DNA of 64,000 bases, taken from positions 50,507 through 114,506 of the forward strand of contig CAVSCA010000001.1 of assembly GCA_963726325.1 (NCBI GenBank), in the 5' to 3' direction. How positions within the stretch are numbered: the stretch's first letter is position 1; the number at the start of each line of letters is the position of its first letter. Below are positions 12,616 to 28,244 of the stretch, piece after piece. Both the position numbers and the translations under genes were made by a program. The notes beneath the pieces are model-generated. The model was given only the letters and a program-made list of their open reading frames with translations. It searched no databases and had not been told where the DNA came from. This DNA comes from an uncultured Actinomycetes bacterium. Its GTDB lineage: Bacteria > Actinomycetota > Coriobacteriia > Anaerosomatales > PHET01.

Positions 12616-13598
12616 GTGCACAGATCGCGCTTCTCGCTTCGGCGTGCCCGCGGCGCTCGTGGGCGTTGCGGGCATCTGGGGATTCACCTTCGTCATCGTC
12701 GCCGATGCGATCTCCCGCTACCCGATGTTCGCGTTTCTGGCATGGCGTTTTGCGGTCGCGTCGGTCGTCGTTCGTGGTTCTGTTCCCTCGGGTGCTGCGA
12801 AAGCTCGACGCGCAGAACCTCAGGATGGGACTGCTGGCCGGGCTGCTGCTGTCCGCTGGCTACATCTTCCAGACGTGGGGCCTTGCGCCGGACGTGGGCA
12901 CCACTCCCGCCCGGGCCGCCTTCATCACGGGGCTCTACGTGATCATCGTGCCGCTCATGCAAGCGGTCTACCTGCGCAAACTGCCGAGGAAGGCCACGCT
13001 CGCGGGTGCGGGCATGGCACTGGCGGGGCTGTGGCTGCTGTCCAATGCGGGGCCCGGCGGGGGCTGGTCGACCGGCGACGCGCTCGTGGCCGTCTGCGCG
13101 GTCGCGTACTCACTGCACATGATCGCGTTGGGCTCTACGGACGAGCGCCACGACACCGCCGCGCTCACGCTCATCCAGTTGCTCACGGTCGCGGTCGTGT
13201 GTGGCGTCATCTCCCTGCTGCGCGAGAACGCCTCGATGCCGACGGACGGCTACGTGTGGTTCGCCATCCTGGTGTGCGGGGTTCTCGCCTCCGCTGTGGC
13301 GTTCGTCGTGCAGACGTGGGCCCAGCGGCGCATACCGCCGGCGCGCGTCGCGCTCATCTTGGTCACCGAGCCGGCGTTCGGGGGTCTGTTCGGGTGGTGG
13401 ACGGCGGGTGTGTGGCCGATTCGCGAGGTGATCGGTGCGGCCATGATGCTCGGCGGGATGATCACCAGTGAGGCCGTTGCGGCCATGGCTCCGCAGGCCG
13501 AGGGGGTCACGTTCGAGGCCGGCGATGGAGGGCATCCCGGCACCGGTCCTAGACGACGGCCACAAGCCGTCCGGGCTGTTCGAGGAGCAGTGAGCTGA
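12616..13598 (+). CDS. EamA/DMT family transporter (frameshifted)
   Basis: 'IWGFTF', 'FQTWGL..TTPARAAFITGLYVIIVP', 'QTWAQRRIPPARVALILVTEPAF'. Confidence 0.85.
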
Positions 13599-13640
13599 GG
13601 GGCCGCGAAATGTGCTGCGACGCCGGGCCTGAGCGCGCTA

Positions 13641-13668
13641 TTGACCGGCTTCTAGCCGCTGGTATACT
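13641..13668 (+). promoter_or_regulatory. Sigma70-type promoter of tRNA-Ala
   Basis: TTGACC-16 nt-TATACT. Confidence 0.7.
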
Positions 13669-13701
13669 ACCGCTTGCCGCTTTCGGGCGGCACCCAGATG
13701 T

Positions 13702-13777
13702 GGGGCCTTAGCTCAGCTGGGAGAGCGCCTGGCTGGCAGCCAGGAGGTCAGGGGTTCGATCCCCCTAGGCTCCACCA
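13702..13777 (+). tRNA. tRNA-Ala(GGC)
   Basis: Cloverleaf with GGGGCCT/AGGCTCC acceptor (G3:U70), anticodon arm CCTGG-CTGGCAG-CCAGG, TTCGA T-loop and encoded CCA. Confidence 0.97.
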
Positions 13778-13787
13778 AACGAACCTC

Positions 13788-13817
13788 ACGCCCGTCGGAG
13801 TTCCGGCGGGCGTTCTT
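13788..13817 (+). terminator. Intrinsic terminator after tRNA-Ala
   Basis: ACGCCCGTCGGA / TCCGGCGGGCGT stem followed by TCTT. Confidence 0.7.
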
Positions 13818-13930
13818 GCGTCTGTCGTGTCGGTGTCGCCGCACAGCCCGTTTCGCGCCCGTGCGCGCCCTCGGCTAGAATCACTCGCATCGGAATCTGT
13901 CGGCGAAAGACCCTTTGGAGGGCCTGCACA

Positions 13931-16474
<2,544 letters not shown>

Positions 16475-16583
16475 TGCCACGGTCAGTTCCGAGCAGGCTA
16501 TCGGTATGCGCCCGGTAACCTGCGTCGCGCGATGATGCTCCTCGCGGGTCGAGTGAAGGCGGCCCGCATCACCGATGATGAGC

Positions 16584-16616
16584 GGCCCCCTCCGTCGCGT
16601 CGGCAGGGGGCCTTTT
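16584..16616 (+). terminator. Terminator-like hairpin directly before comEA that includes its ribosome-binding site
   Basis: GGCCCCCT / AGGGGGCC stem, then TTTT, then C-ATG. Confidence 0.65.
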
Positions 16617-16617
16617 C

Positions 16618-17340
16618 ATGTCCGAGCTGATAGAGCGGACACTGCGCGATCTCGGCCGACGTGCCGGTCTGCGAGACGTGCCGGCCGGTGTTGTGGCCGC
16701 GGTGATGTGCGTTGCGTTGGCGGCCGTCGTGTGGGCGGGGTGGCGCTGGTGGCCGCGGGACGCGAGTGCTGGTGGTTCGGGCGGAGCCGAGGTCTTCTCG
16801 GCTGACATGGCCGATGCGTCGGCGGGAAGGGCCGGAGCTGACCCGTCGGCGCCGTCCGCCGCCGCGAGCGCGGCCCCGGTCCCGGACACCGTCTTCGTCC
16901 ACGTCGCGGGCCACGTTCGGCGACCCGGTGTCTACGAACTGCCGCTAGGTTCGCGTGCGGTGGACGCGATCGAGGCGGCAGGGGGCGCGGTAGGGGACGC
17001 GGCTCCGGATGCGCTCAACCTGGCCAGGGTACTCGTCGACGGCGAGCAGGTGGTCGTTCCATCCGCCGAGGAGGCGGCTGCCACGGTAGCAGGGGCGGGC
17101 GGAGGCGCAGGGCCGCCGGGGGCTCCCGGTGCTGCAGGGAGCGTCGGCACCGTCGACATCAACACGGCGGACGTGACACAGCTCGACACGCTGCCCGGCG
17201 TCGGGCCGTCCACCGCAGCCAAGATAGTGGCCGAACGCGAGGCCAACGGCCCGTTCACCGGAGTCGAGGACCTGGCGAGGGTCTCGGGCATCGGTCCCAA
17301 ACGGATCGAGCAACTGAAGGACCTCGTTCGTGTCCGGTAG
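16618..17340 (+). CDS. comEA: ComEA DNA-uptake protein (SLBB + HhH)
   Basis: TM helix, 'VHVAGHVRRPGVYEL...DAIEAAGG', 'DINTA...LDTLPGVGPSTA...GIGPK'. Confidence 0.93.
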   Translation: MSELIERTLRDLGRRAGLRDVPAGVVAAVMCVALAAVVWAGWRWWPRDASAGGSGGAEVFSADMADASAGRAGADPSAPSAAASAAPVPDTVFVHVAGHVRRPGVYELPLGSRAVDAIEAAGGAVGDAAPDALNLARVLVDGEQVVVPSAEEAAATVAGAGGGAGPPGAPGAAGSVGTVDINTADVTQLDTLPGVGPSTAAKIVAEREANGPFTGVEDLARVSGIGPKRIEQLKDLVRVR

Positions 17341-17353
17341 CGGCCGCTGCCCG

Positions 17354-19612
17354 ATGAGGCCCTCGATTCCGCCGCTCGCTTGGGTGGCCGCGGCCACGTG
17401 GATCGGAGTGGCGTGCGCTGAGGCGCTGGTGTGGAACGAGCGGTCCGAGTCCCGTGATCGGGCTATCTGTCTCGGCCGCAGCCGGGTTGGTCGCCCTCGG
17501 GCTTCGGAAACGCGGGTGGATGGCGGCCGTCGCCGTGGGTCTCGCGGCGGGGATGGCGCTTGGCACGCTGTTCTGGAGCCACTTGGCCGCTCAGGCCCTG
17601 GAGCTCGAGGGGCTCAACGGCAGGGAGCTCGCAGCCGAGGTAGTGAGCGATGCGGCGAGCGGCGCCTACGGCGACCGTTCGAAGGCTGCGGCTCGTGGGT
17701 GCGTGCGGGCGCTACGGTCGAGGCCGCGTGGCCGCGGGTCGACGCGCCGCCGGCGGGCGCGCTCGTCGACGGCGAGACTCAGGTTCCGAGTCGGCGCGCG
17801 TGACGAATGGGCGCGTAGACGCCATCGCGCCGGGGTCGCGGCAACGGCCTCGGCGAAGACCCTACGAGTCCGGGGCTGGTCTCGGGGTCTCCGTGGCGCT
17901 GTAGGGCCCTGGCGGGAGGGCGCGTGGTCGCGCGTGCGTGCCATACCCAGCGAAGGGAGCGCGCTTGTCGCGGGCGTGGTGCTCGGCCATCGAGAAGACC
18001 TCACGGGCACAGAGGCGGAGAGCGACTTCCGCACGACCGGGCTCACGCATCTGGTCGCCGTGAGCGGCAGCCATCTTGTCGTGGTGGCCGCGCTCGTCGC
18101 GTGGTTGCTTGGCCGACTCCGCATGCCCCGGGTCGGGGTCGTGGCGGTCGACCGTGGGTGTCGTGGGACTCTACGTCATCGCGAGCGGCGTGCAGCCATC
18201 GGCCGTGCGTGCGTGGCTGATGGCGGCGTTCGCGGCCATTGCGATGACGACGGGCCGCAGGGTGGATTCGGTCGCGGGCCTGTCCGCGGCGGTGTGCTTC
18301 GCGTTGGCCACGTATCCCCCCGTCGCGTTCGACATGGGCTTCCAGCTCTCAGTAGCGGCTGTCGCGGGTCTGATCGTGTTCTCGCGACTGGTCGACGCGT
18401 GGCTGGCGTCTGCGTTGTTCGGACCGCTTCGCGCGCTGTCGGGACCGCTTGCCCTCACGCTGACCGCCCAAGCCGCAACGACGCCGCTCGTCGCCGCGGC
18501 GTTCGGGTCGCTCTCGCTTGTTGCCCCGCTGTCGAACCTGCTGGTCGGGCCGCTGGTCTCTGTCGTGCTGGTGCTCGGGCTTGTGGGAGTGGGCACGGGC
18601 GGCGTTTGGCGGGCCGTCTCGCAGGCGTCGCTCGACGCTGCCTGCGCGACGGCGGCTGTCGCGCAGGCCGTCGCCGGCCGGCTGGCGGGGATGCCGTATG
18701 CCTCCATACCGTGGAGTGGATCCGTGCTCGTGGCATGCTCGGTCGTGCTGGCGGGAGCTTGTCGTCCTATGGGTCTTGTGGCCCGCGCCTCGGACGCTGT
18801 ACGCCCGGCTCGGCGTCGCGGCGGGGCTGGTGATCACGGCAGGCGTCGTCGCGGGTCCGCGCCCTCCGTCCGGAACGTCGATGGTCGTCATGGACGTTGG
18901 GCAGGGCGACGCGGTTCTGGTCCGGGACGGTCCACACGCCATGCTTGTCGACACCGCCGCCGATGCGTCCGCTCTCCGGGAAGCGCTGCTGCGCAATCGC
19001 GTGAGAGCGCTCGAGAACGTGGTGATCACTCACCTGCACGATGACCACTACGGCGGCTCGCCCGCGCTCGAGGGCACGATCAGAGTGGGCAGAGTCACAG
19101 TCGCCCGGGGTGCCGCCTCGGAGCTGCCCGAGGCGATCTCGCGACTGCGTGCACCGGTACAGGAGGTGAGTGCGCCGGCGACCCTTCGCTGCGGTCGAAT
19201 CTCGCTTACCGTGGTGTCGCCGCTGACCGAGCCGGTCGACTGCGCCTCCAATGAGGCGAGCATCGTACTGCTCGTGCGAGTCTGGAGGCTTCTCGGCGGT
19301 GCTGACCGGCGATGCCGAGGCCGACGTGCTCGATCCTCTGGCGTCCGGCGGCGGGATCGGCGACATCGATGTGATCAAGGTGGGTCACCACGGCAGCAGG
19401 GATGCGGTCAGTCCCCGCACGCTCCAGACACCTCAGGCCCGAGGTTGCCGTGATCAGCGTGGGTGCACACAACCGCTTCCGCCACCCGGCGCCCTCGACT
19501 GTCGAGATGCTGGAGGGCGCAGGGGTCCGCGTCCTGCGGACCGACCGGGTCGGTGACGTACGGATCGAGTTCGGCGAGGATTCATGGCGCGTATCGACAT
19601 CGTCCGGCTTAG
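17354..19612 (+). CDS. comEC: ComEC/Rec2 competence channel with metallo-beta-lactamase domain (about 6 frameshifts; end approximate)
   Basis: 'FRTTGLTHLVAVSGSH', 'SAVRA', 'GFQLS', 'DVGQGDA', 'THLHDDHYGG', 'HHGS', 'RTDRVG'. Confidence 0.88.
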
Positions 19613-19690
19613 CGGCCGCAAGCATGTATGAGAGACTGGCAGAAGCGAGCGTACGTGGCGGCCTCAAGGCCTGTCTGGGGGTCATCAGCG

Positions 19691-20658
19691 GTGTCATCAC
19701 CCGATCTCAAGCCCATCTACCTGATCTTGAGCGAGCAGGACTTCCTGCTTCGTCAGGCTCTCGATCGGTTGCGCGCGCGGGTTGGAGAGGTCGCGGATCT
19801 CGACTTCAACCTCGAGACCTTCGAGGGGGACTCCGCCTCGGTGGATGCGATCGTTGCAGCCTGCAACACGCTGCCGTTCGCCTCAGATCACCGCCTCGTC
19901 ATCGTCAACAGCGTGGACAAGCTCTCGAAGGACGCGGCAGAGACGCTGGTCGCCTACGCCGCGGATCCATCGCCCACCTGCGTGCTGGCGCTGGCCGCCC
20001 CCAAGATCGCGAAGAACACGCGGCTGTACAAGGCGGTGGACCGCTTGGGCGGTGTGCTCGAGCGCAAGGCCCCCAGAGGGGCCGAGTTCGTCCGCGGGGT
20101 GATCGGCCTGGCGTCGGATCGAAACAAGCGCATGTCGGCCGATGCGGCCCAGGCGCTGGTCTCGGCGACCGGAGAGGACTTGCGGCTCGTCTCCGTCGAG
20201 CTCGACAAGCTCATCGCATACGTCGACGAGGCCGAGGAGATCACGCGCGAGGACGTCGAGAAGGTCGTCGCCAACGCTGCGAAGGCCAAGAGCTGGGAGT
20301 TCGGGGAGGCACTCGCTGACCGAGACTGTCGCAGGGCGCTCGTGCTGGCCGCCAGCATCCTGCGGCGAAGGAGAGTCGGTCTTCGCCCTGCACGCGACGG
20401 CGCTTCGTACGTGTGCGGGAGCTGATGACCGCTCGGGCCCTGATCGATCGCGGCGAGACCTCAGCCGATGCGCTCGCCCGCAGGCTGGGCAGGCAGGAGT
20501 GGCAGGTCAGGCGGCTGCCGCGTCAGGCGCGCGCATTCGACTCGGCCGAGTTGGTCGATCTTCTTCGGGCCGCAGCCGCGGGGGAGGCCCAAATGAAAAC
20601 GAGCCGGGATGCCCGGCTCGTCTTCGAACGCTGGATAGTCAGGGTGTGCGGCGCTTAG
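19691..20658 (+). CDS. holA: DNA polymerase III delta subunit (frameshifted near 3' end)
   Basis: 'KPIYLI...[15 protein letters not shown]...ELDKL'; comEC-holA-rpsT synteny. Confidence 0.9.
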
Positions 20659-20918
20659 CCGACCGCGTTCGCGGCCTTCATGATGCCCGACTTGCGGTTG
20701 GCGGCCTGCTTCTTGTGGACGACGCCCTTGCTGGCGGCCTTGTCGAGCAGTGCGGATGCTTCGAGTGCGGCGGCCTTCGCGGCATCGGCATCGCCGGCCT
20801 CGATGGCGACGTGCACCTTCTTGATGGCGGTCTTCAGCTCTGACCTGACCGCCTTGTTACGCTGGTGCGCCTTCTCGTTCGTGAGGACGCGCTTCTTCTG
20901 GCTCTTGATGTTTGCCAC
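20655..20918 (-). CDS. rpsT: 30S ribosomal protein S20
   Basis: [10 protein letters not shown]...[11 protein letters not shown]. Confidence 0.97.
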   Translation of the reverse strand: MANIKSQKKRVLTNEKAHQRNKAVRSELKTAIKKVHVAIEAGDADAAKAAALEASALLDKAASKGVVHKKQAANRKSGIMKAANAVG

Positions 20919-21092
20919 AGTGGTCTTGCCCTTTCGATTCAGATGGTGCCCTCGACAGTGGGGTGTCGACGAACCTTGCGAGTCTAGCACACGCCACCGA
21001 GCGTCGCCAACAGCCGGCGAGAGGGGTCAAACCGCCCGTCCGGTGAGCGCGAACTTCCGCACGCTGCGCCGCCCTTGCTAGACTGTACCGCT

Positions 21093-22898
<1,806 letters not shown>

Positions 22899-22916
22899 CC
22901 GAGAGGCGACGGACGA

Positions 22917-23922
22917 GTGGCTTCAGGCGACAAGGTTGCCGCTCTGCTTGCCGAGAACCCGGTGCTTCTCGGTCCTATGGCGGGCGTCACCGAGGCCCCG
23001 TTTCGCGGCATCTGCAAGCGGATGGGCGCCGGCCTGACCTGCACCGAGATGGTCAGTGCGACGGGCCTGCACTTCAACCCGGACTCAGCGGTCTCGAAGC
23101 GGCTGCTGACGTTCAGCCCCGAGGAGACGCCGTGCGCGGTCCAGATCTTCGGCTCGGATCCCGAGATCATGGCCCGGCAGGCCCGAACCATCGTGGAGCG
23201 CTACGGCGACGACGTCGCGCTGATCGACATCAACATGGGATGCCCCGTGACGAAGGTGGTCGCGAAGGGCGAGGGAAGCGCTCTGATGCGCACTCCGAGA
23301 CTGGCCGCGCAGATCGTGGCCGCCGTGGTGGCGGAGTGCCCGGTGCCGGTGACCGTGAAGTTCCGAAAGGGCTGGGACGGCGAGAGCGTCAACGCGGTCG
23401 AGTTCGCGCAAGAGATGCAGGCCGCGGGCGCATCGGCGCTTGCCGTCCACGGCCGAACTCGCGATCAGTTCTACCACGGTCAGGCCGACTGGAGCGTCAT
23501 CGCCGACGTGAAGCGGGCGGTCGACGTTCCGGTCGTAGGAAGCGGCGACGTCCTGTCGGCTCGCAGTGTCGTGAGCGATGATCGAGCAGACCGGGGCCGA
23601 CGGGGTGATGGTGGCCCGAGGTGCACAAGGCTACCCCTGGATCTTCCGAGAGGCGCTCTCGCTGCTGCGTGACGGAGTCGAGCTGCCCGGGCCCACGCCG
23701 CTGGAGCGCATCGACATGGCTCGCGAGCATGCGAGGGCACTCGTCGAGTTCGCTGGCGAGCGCGGTGTCGTGCGCATGCGCAAGCACGTGGCCTGGTACC
23801 TCGCCGACATGCCCGGCGCTTCACATGCCCGCTCGCGCATCAATGCGTGCCATACTCACGCCGAGTTGGATGCGCTGCTTGTCGAGTACCGGGAGTTCGT
23901 GGAGGAGCGCCATGTTGTCTGA
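22917..23922 (+). CDS. dusB: tRNA dihydrouridine synthase B (frameshift near 23575)
   Basis: 'PMAGVT', 'DINMGCP', 'VHGRT', 'DGVMVARG'. Confidence 0.92.
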
Positions 23923-23967
23923 GCGGCCGCCGGAGTGCTCGCGAGTCGCCCAAGCCGATCGCGCACG

Positions 23968-25169
23968 ATGAGCGACGTCGCGAACACGGCAGCCGACCTC
24001 ATGGTTGCTCGGCTGCCGTCACACCTCTACATCCACGTTCCTTTCTGCGCTTCGAAATGCGCGTACTGCGACTTCGCGAGCGTGGCGGGAGCGGACGAGA
24101 CCACGGTGCGGATCGTCTTTCGCGCCATGCGCACGCAACTGCTCCAGTGGCAGCGAAGCGGTCTGGACGGCGTGCTGGAGTCGATCTACTTCGGCGGCGG
24201 TACGCCGTCACTCGTCGCTGGTGAGGTCGTCGACCTGCTCGGCTTCATCCAAGAGGAGTTCCTCGTGCATGCCGGTGCCGAGGTGACGGTGGAGGCCAAC
24301 CCCGACAGCCTCGACCGCAGCGGCGGTCGCGATGCTCGCTGAAGCGGGCGTGACCCGGGTGAGCCTGGGCGTGCAGTCCTTCTCCGACCACGAGCTTCGC
24401 GTGTTGGGTCGGGCGCACGATGCCGAGACGGCCGAGCGAGCCTGCAGCGCTGTGTCCGAGGCCGGCCTCGCGTTGTCGATAGACCTGATGTGCGCGATAC
24501 CCGGGCAGTCGCGGGCATCGTGGTCCACGACACTCCAGCGTGCCGCCGATACGGGCGCGGAGCACGTGTCGGTCTATCCGCTCACGGTCGAGGACGGCAC
24601 CCCGATGCAGGTGGCCGTCGACGCTCGGCTGGTGGAGGCTGTGGATTCGGACGTCGCCGCCGAGCACCTCGTTCTTGCCGAGGCGGCCCTTCGGTACCAC
24701 GGCTTCCAGCGCTACGAGGTCGCGAACTACGCGCGCCGCCGCGAGGCTCGGGCCCGACACAACCTCGCCTACTGGACGGGGCGCCCGTACATCGGTCTGG
24801 GTCCCGGAGCGCACGGGATGGTCGATGGTGCGGCGGCACGCGAGTCGTGCCTATTCGGCGATGTCGGAGAAGACGTGGGACGGCTGCGGTACGCGGGCGC
24901 CGCCGACATCTCGGATTGGCTCGTGGGCAAGGGGGACACGCTCGAGCTGATGACGCGTGCCGAGGCGGCGCGTGAGGATGCGATGTTGGGCATGCGACTG
25001 GTCGACGGGATCGACGACGAGCTCGCACGACGTGCCGGCGTGGTCGCCGTGCTCGAATCGCTGGCCGAGGACGGGCTGGTGCAGCTTCGAAGGCTCCAGG
25101 TGGTCGGCGACGCAGCGCGGGTGGCTGCTGGGCAACGAGGTGTTCGGCCGCATCTGGGCGGGCGAGTGA
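23968..25169 (+). CDS. hemW: Radical SAM heme chaperone HemW (frameshifted)
   Basis: 'LYIHVPFCASKCAYCDF', 'GGGTPS', 'YEVAN', 'HNLAYW'; lepA-hemW-hrcA context. Confidence 0.9.
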
Positions 25170-25204
25170 ACCAAGGCGCGCGCCGCGGTACTCGCCATCA
25201 TCGC

Positions 25205-25231
25205 TTGGCACTCGCTATACTTGAGTGCCAA
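25205..25231 (+). promoter_or_regulatory. CIRCE operator (HrcA site)
   Basis: TTGGCACTC-N9-GAGTGCCAA perfect inverted repeat, 32 nt upstream of hrcA. Confidence 0.92.
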
Positions 25232-25263
25232 ACACGCAGGTACTTCAGGAAGGCGTACGGAGC

Positions 25264-26289
25264 ATGCTGAACGACCGCCGCCGCAGGGTGCTCGGGGCAC
25301 TCGTGGAGGAGTACATATCGAGCGCGCTGCCCGTGGGCTCGAAGACCCTGGTTGCCCGCTACGAGTTGGGCTGCAGTCCGGCCACGGTTCGAAACGAGCT
25401 CTCGATTCTCGAAGAGACCGGGTACGTCACGCAGCCGCACGTGTCGGCGGGCCGTATTCCCACCGACACCGGCTACCGGAGCTTCGTCGATGAGTTGCTC
25501 GAGCGTCGGGGTGCTGGGATGGAGAACGACATTCCCCAGACGCGCCTGCATGCGGCGGCCGAGGTCGACGAGCTCATGCGCGAGACGTCCGCCGCCTTGA
25601 CCCGCCTGACCAGCTGTCTGGCGGTCAGCGTGGCGCCGAGCGTGGCAACCGCACGGGTGAAGCGGATCGACCTGCTGTCGATGGCCCAGCGGCGGGCGCT
25701 GTTCGTGCTCATCACCGAGTCGGGCCGGGTCGTGAACCGCTCGATCGAGCTGGCAGACGAGACGGCCCCGGAGCGGCTCTCCGAAGTGGAGCGTGCGCTC
25801 AACGCGGCGCTCGTGGGCAAGCGTGCTCGCGACATCCGGCCGCTGCGCGACGCGCTCGAGCTCGCCGAGTCGGGTCGGCACGGAGACGGCCGGTCCGATG
25901 GGGTCGTCGGACGTGTCGTGGATGAGATCCTCGACGCTCTCGCCGAAGCGGACCGCGATCGCCTCTACCATGTCGGTGTGCCGGCGCTGCTCGCCCAGCC
26001 CGAGTTCCACGACGCGGAGCGGGCTCGGCCGTTGATCGAGTTCCTGGAAGACGGCATCGCGATGCTCGAGGCGTTGTCGGACGTGCTCGGTCATCGCGGG
26101 CTCGTCGTACGGATCGGACATGAGAACCGCCAGGCCGAGCTGGGCAACGTGAGCCTCGTGGCCACCAACTACGGGAATGACTCGGCCGACGGTGTGGTGG
26201 GGGTCATCGGCCCGACAAGGATGGACTACAATCGCGCGATCTCGGCCGTACGGTCGATGGCCGACGGTCTTGAGGATGTGCTCGGCTAG
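25264..26289 (+). CDS. hrcA: Heat-inducible transcription repressor HrcA
   Basis: 'PVGSKTL...[24 protein letters not shown]', '[10 protein letters not shown]'. Confidence 0.96.
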   Translation: MLNDRRRRVLGALVEEYISSALPVGSKTLVARYELGCSPATVRNELSILEETGYVTQPHVSAGRIPTDTGYRSFVDELLERRGAGMENDIPQTRLHAAAEVDELMRETSAALTRLTSCLAVSVAPSVATARVKRIDLLSMAQRRALFVLITESGRVVNRSIELADETAPERLSEVERALNAALVGKRARDIRPLRDALELAESGRHGDGRSDGVVGRVVDEILDALAEADRDRLYHVGVPALLAQPEFHDAERARPLIEFLEDGIAMLEALSDVLGHRGLVVRIGHENRQAELGNVSLVATNYGNDSADGVVGVIGPTRMDYNRAISAVRSMADGLEDVLG

Positions 26290-26318
26290 ACGCCGAGCGC
26301 TGTGTGAAAGGAATCCGC

Positions 26319-27476
26319 GTGCCTGCGAGTACCCGTGACTACTACGCCACGTTGGGCGTTGAGCGTTCGGCCAACGCCGAGGAGATCAAGAAGGCATTCC
26401 GCCGCAAGGCGAGGGAGCTGCATCCGGACGTCAACAAGGCGCCCGACGCCGAGGAGCGCTTCAAGGAGGTCAACGAGGCCTACGACGTGCTCTCGGACCC
26501 CCAGAAGCGGGAGCAATACGACACCTTCGGCAGCGTGGGGCGCGGCCCCGGAGGCCCGGCCGGCGGCGGCTACCAGTACGTCGACCTGAACGACCTGTTC
26601 GGTGGGGGCGGGTCGGGTGGCTTCGACATGGGCGATCTGTTCAGCGCGTTCTTCGGCGGTGTGACCGGCGCGCAACGCGGGGCCAGGCTCGAGGGCCGCA
26701 ACATGGCCATGGCGATGACGATCACGCTCAAGGAAGCCGGAACGGGCGTGGAGAAGGAGATCGTGCTCGATCGGCTCGCGCCCTGCGATGTGTGCGGGGG
26801 GTCGGGTTCGTCGGCGGGCAGCTCCGTCGTGACGTGTCCGGACTGCGGCGGCAGCGGTCAGCGTGTCACGGTGCGCAGGACCTTCCTCGGCAACATGCAG
26901 ACGGCGGTTCCCTGCGAGCGCTGCGGCGCGACAGGCAAGGTCATCGAGAAGCCGTGCGAGGAGTGCCAGGGCTCCGGACGCGTGCCCGACCGCCAGCACG
27001 TGCAGGTGAGCGTCCCCGCAGGGATCCGCGAGGGTCAGCAGATCAGGCTGCGCGGTCTGGGCGAGGCCGGCATCCGCGGTGCGGCGTCGGGCGACCTGAT
27101 AGTCACCATTCACATCAAGCCGGACGACTTCTTGCACCGGGAGGGCGACGACCTGCACTGCAGGGCGAGCGTGTCGATCACGCAGGCGGCGCTGGGCGCG
27201 GACCTGAAGGTGTGTGGCTTGCTGGAGGACAACGAGGTTCGCATTCCCGCAGGCAGCCAGCACGGTGACACCGTGAGGGTGAAGCATCGAGGCATGCCGA
27301 GAGTGGGCGGCGGAGGCTCGCGTGGCGACCTGATCGTGCACGTCGGGGTCGATGTCCCCAAGAAGCTCTCGAAGCGCCAGAAGGAGCTGCTCGCCGAGCT
27401 CGCCGAGGAGTTCGGCGACGCCACCAGGTCCGACAAGACCCCGCTTGAGAAGCTCAAGGACTGGCTGAGAGGGTAG
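26319..27476 (+). CDS. dnaJ: Chaperone DnaJ
   Basis: J domain with HPD, G/F region and four CxxCxGxG repeats. Confidence 0.96.
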   Translation: MPASTRDYYATLGVERSANAEEIKKAFRRKARELHPDVNKAPDAEERFKEVNEAYDVLSDPQKREQYDTFGSVGRGPGGPAGGGYQYVDLNDLFGGGGSGGFDMGDLFSAFFGGVTGAQRGARLEGRNMAMAMTITLKEAGTGVEKEIVLDRLAPCDVCGGSGSSAGSSVVTCPDCGGSGQRVTVRRTFLGNMQTAVPCERCGATGKVIEKPCEECQGSGRVPDRQHVQVSVPAGIREGQQIRLRGLGEAGIRGAASGDLIVTIHIKPDDFLHREGDDLHCRASVSITQAALGADLKVCGLLEDNEVRIPAGSQHGDTVRVKHRGMPRVGGGGSRGDLIVHVGVDVPKKLSKRQKELLAELAEEFGDATRSDKTPLEKLKDWLRG

Positions 27477-27478
27477 CC

Positions 27479-28244
27479 GTGTCGCGAGCGCGATTCTTCC
27501 TGAATGCGGAGATGCCGACAGGACCGGTAGTGGTCCTGCCGCTCACCGCCGAGGACCACCATCATGCGCTGCGCGTGCTGCGGGTTCGCGCCGGTGAGGA
27601 TCTCGACGTCGTCGCACCTTCGGGCACCGTGTGGCACGTGCGCATCCGGGACGTGTCCGACGAGACCATCAGCGCCGATGTGTTGGGGGAGTCGCCTGCG
27701 GTGGTCGAGCCGGCCGTGACGCTGTTCCAGGGCGTCGCGAAGGGCGACAAGATGGAGTCGATCGTGCGCCAGGCGGTCGAGGTCGGCGCGGCGGCGGTCG
27801 TGCCCGTCCTCACTTCGCGAAGTGTCGTGCGGATGGATGGCGCCAAGCGGGCACAGCGCGTCGAGCGTTGGCGCCGGATCGCGCGCTCCGCTGCCGAGCA
27901 GTCACGGCGCGCGAACGTGCCGGAGGTGCACGACGTCGTCACGTTCGCGGACGCGTGCCGGCTCCTCGAAGGGTTCGACCGAATCATCGTGCTGTGGGAG
28001 GAGCAGGCCGGGTCGCTCGTCACGTCGGTGGTTCGAGGCTCGTTCGAGACCACTCACATGCGGGTGGCGGTGGTGGTCGGTCCCGAGGGCGGTCTAGTCC
28101 GCCGAGGAGGTCTCGGAGCTGAGGGACCGAGGCGCGCTCGTGGCGTCTCTTGGCCCGTCGATCATGCGTACCGAGACCGCCGCCGTGGTGGGGCTGAGCC
28201 TCGTCATCGCCGCGCTGCAGGAGGCCGGCGCGGGCGATGGCTGA
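27479..28244 (+). CDS. rsmE: 16S rRNA m3U1498 methyltransferase (frameshift near 28098)
   Basis: 'HALRVLR', 'VGPEGG', 'LGPSIMRTETAA'. Confidence 0.93.

Noticed and set aside
13731-13742. C32-G38 pair in the tRNA-Ala(GGC) anticodon loop
   Set aside because: A Watson-Crick 32-38 pair is a known feature of bacterial tRNA-Ala(GGC).
16527-16585. Calling the comEA leader a fluoride riboswitch or hammerhead ribozyme
   Set aside because: It resembles them only through GATGA-like words; the spacing and conserved cores do not match and the gene context does not fit.
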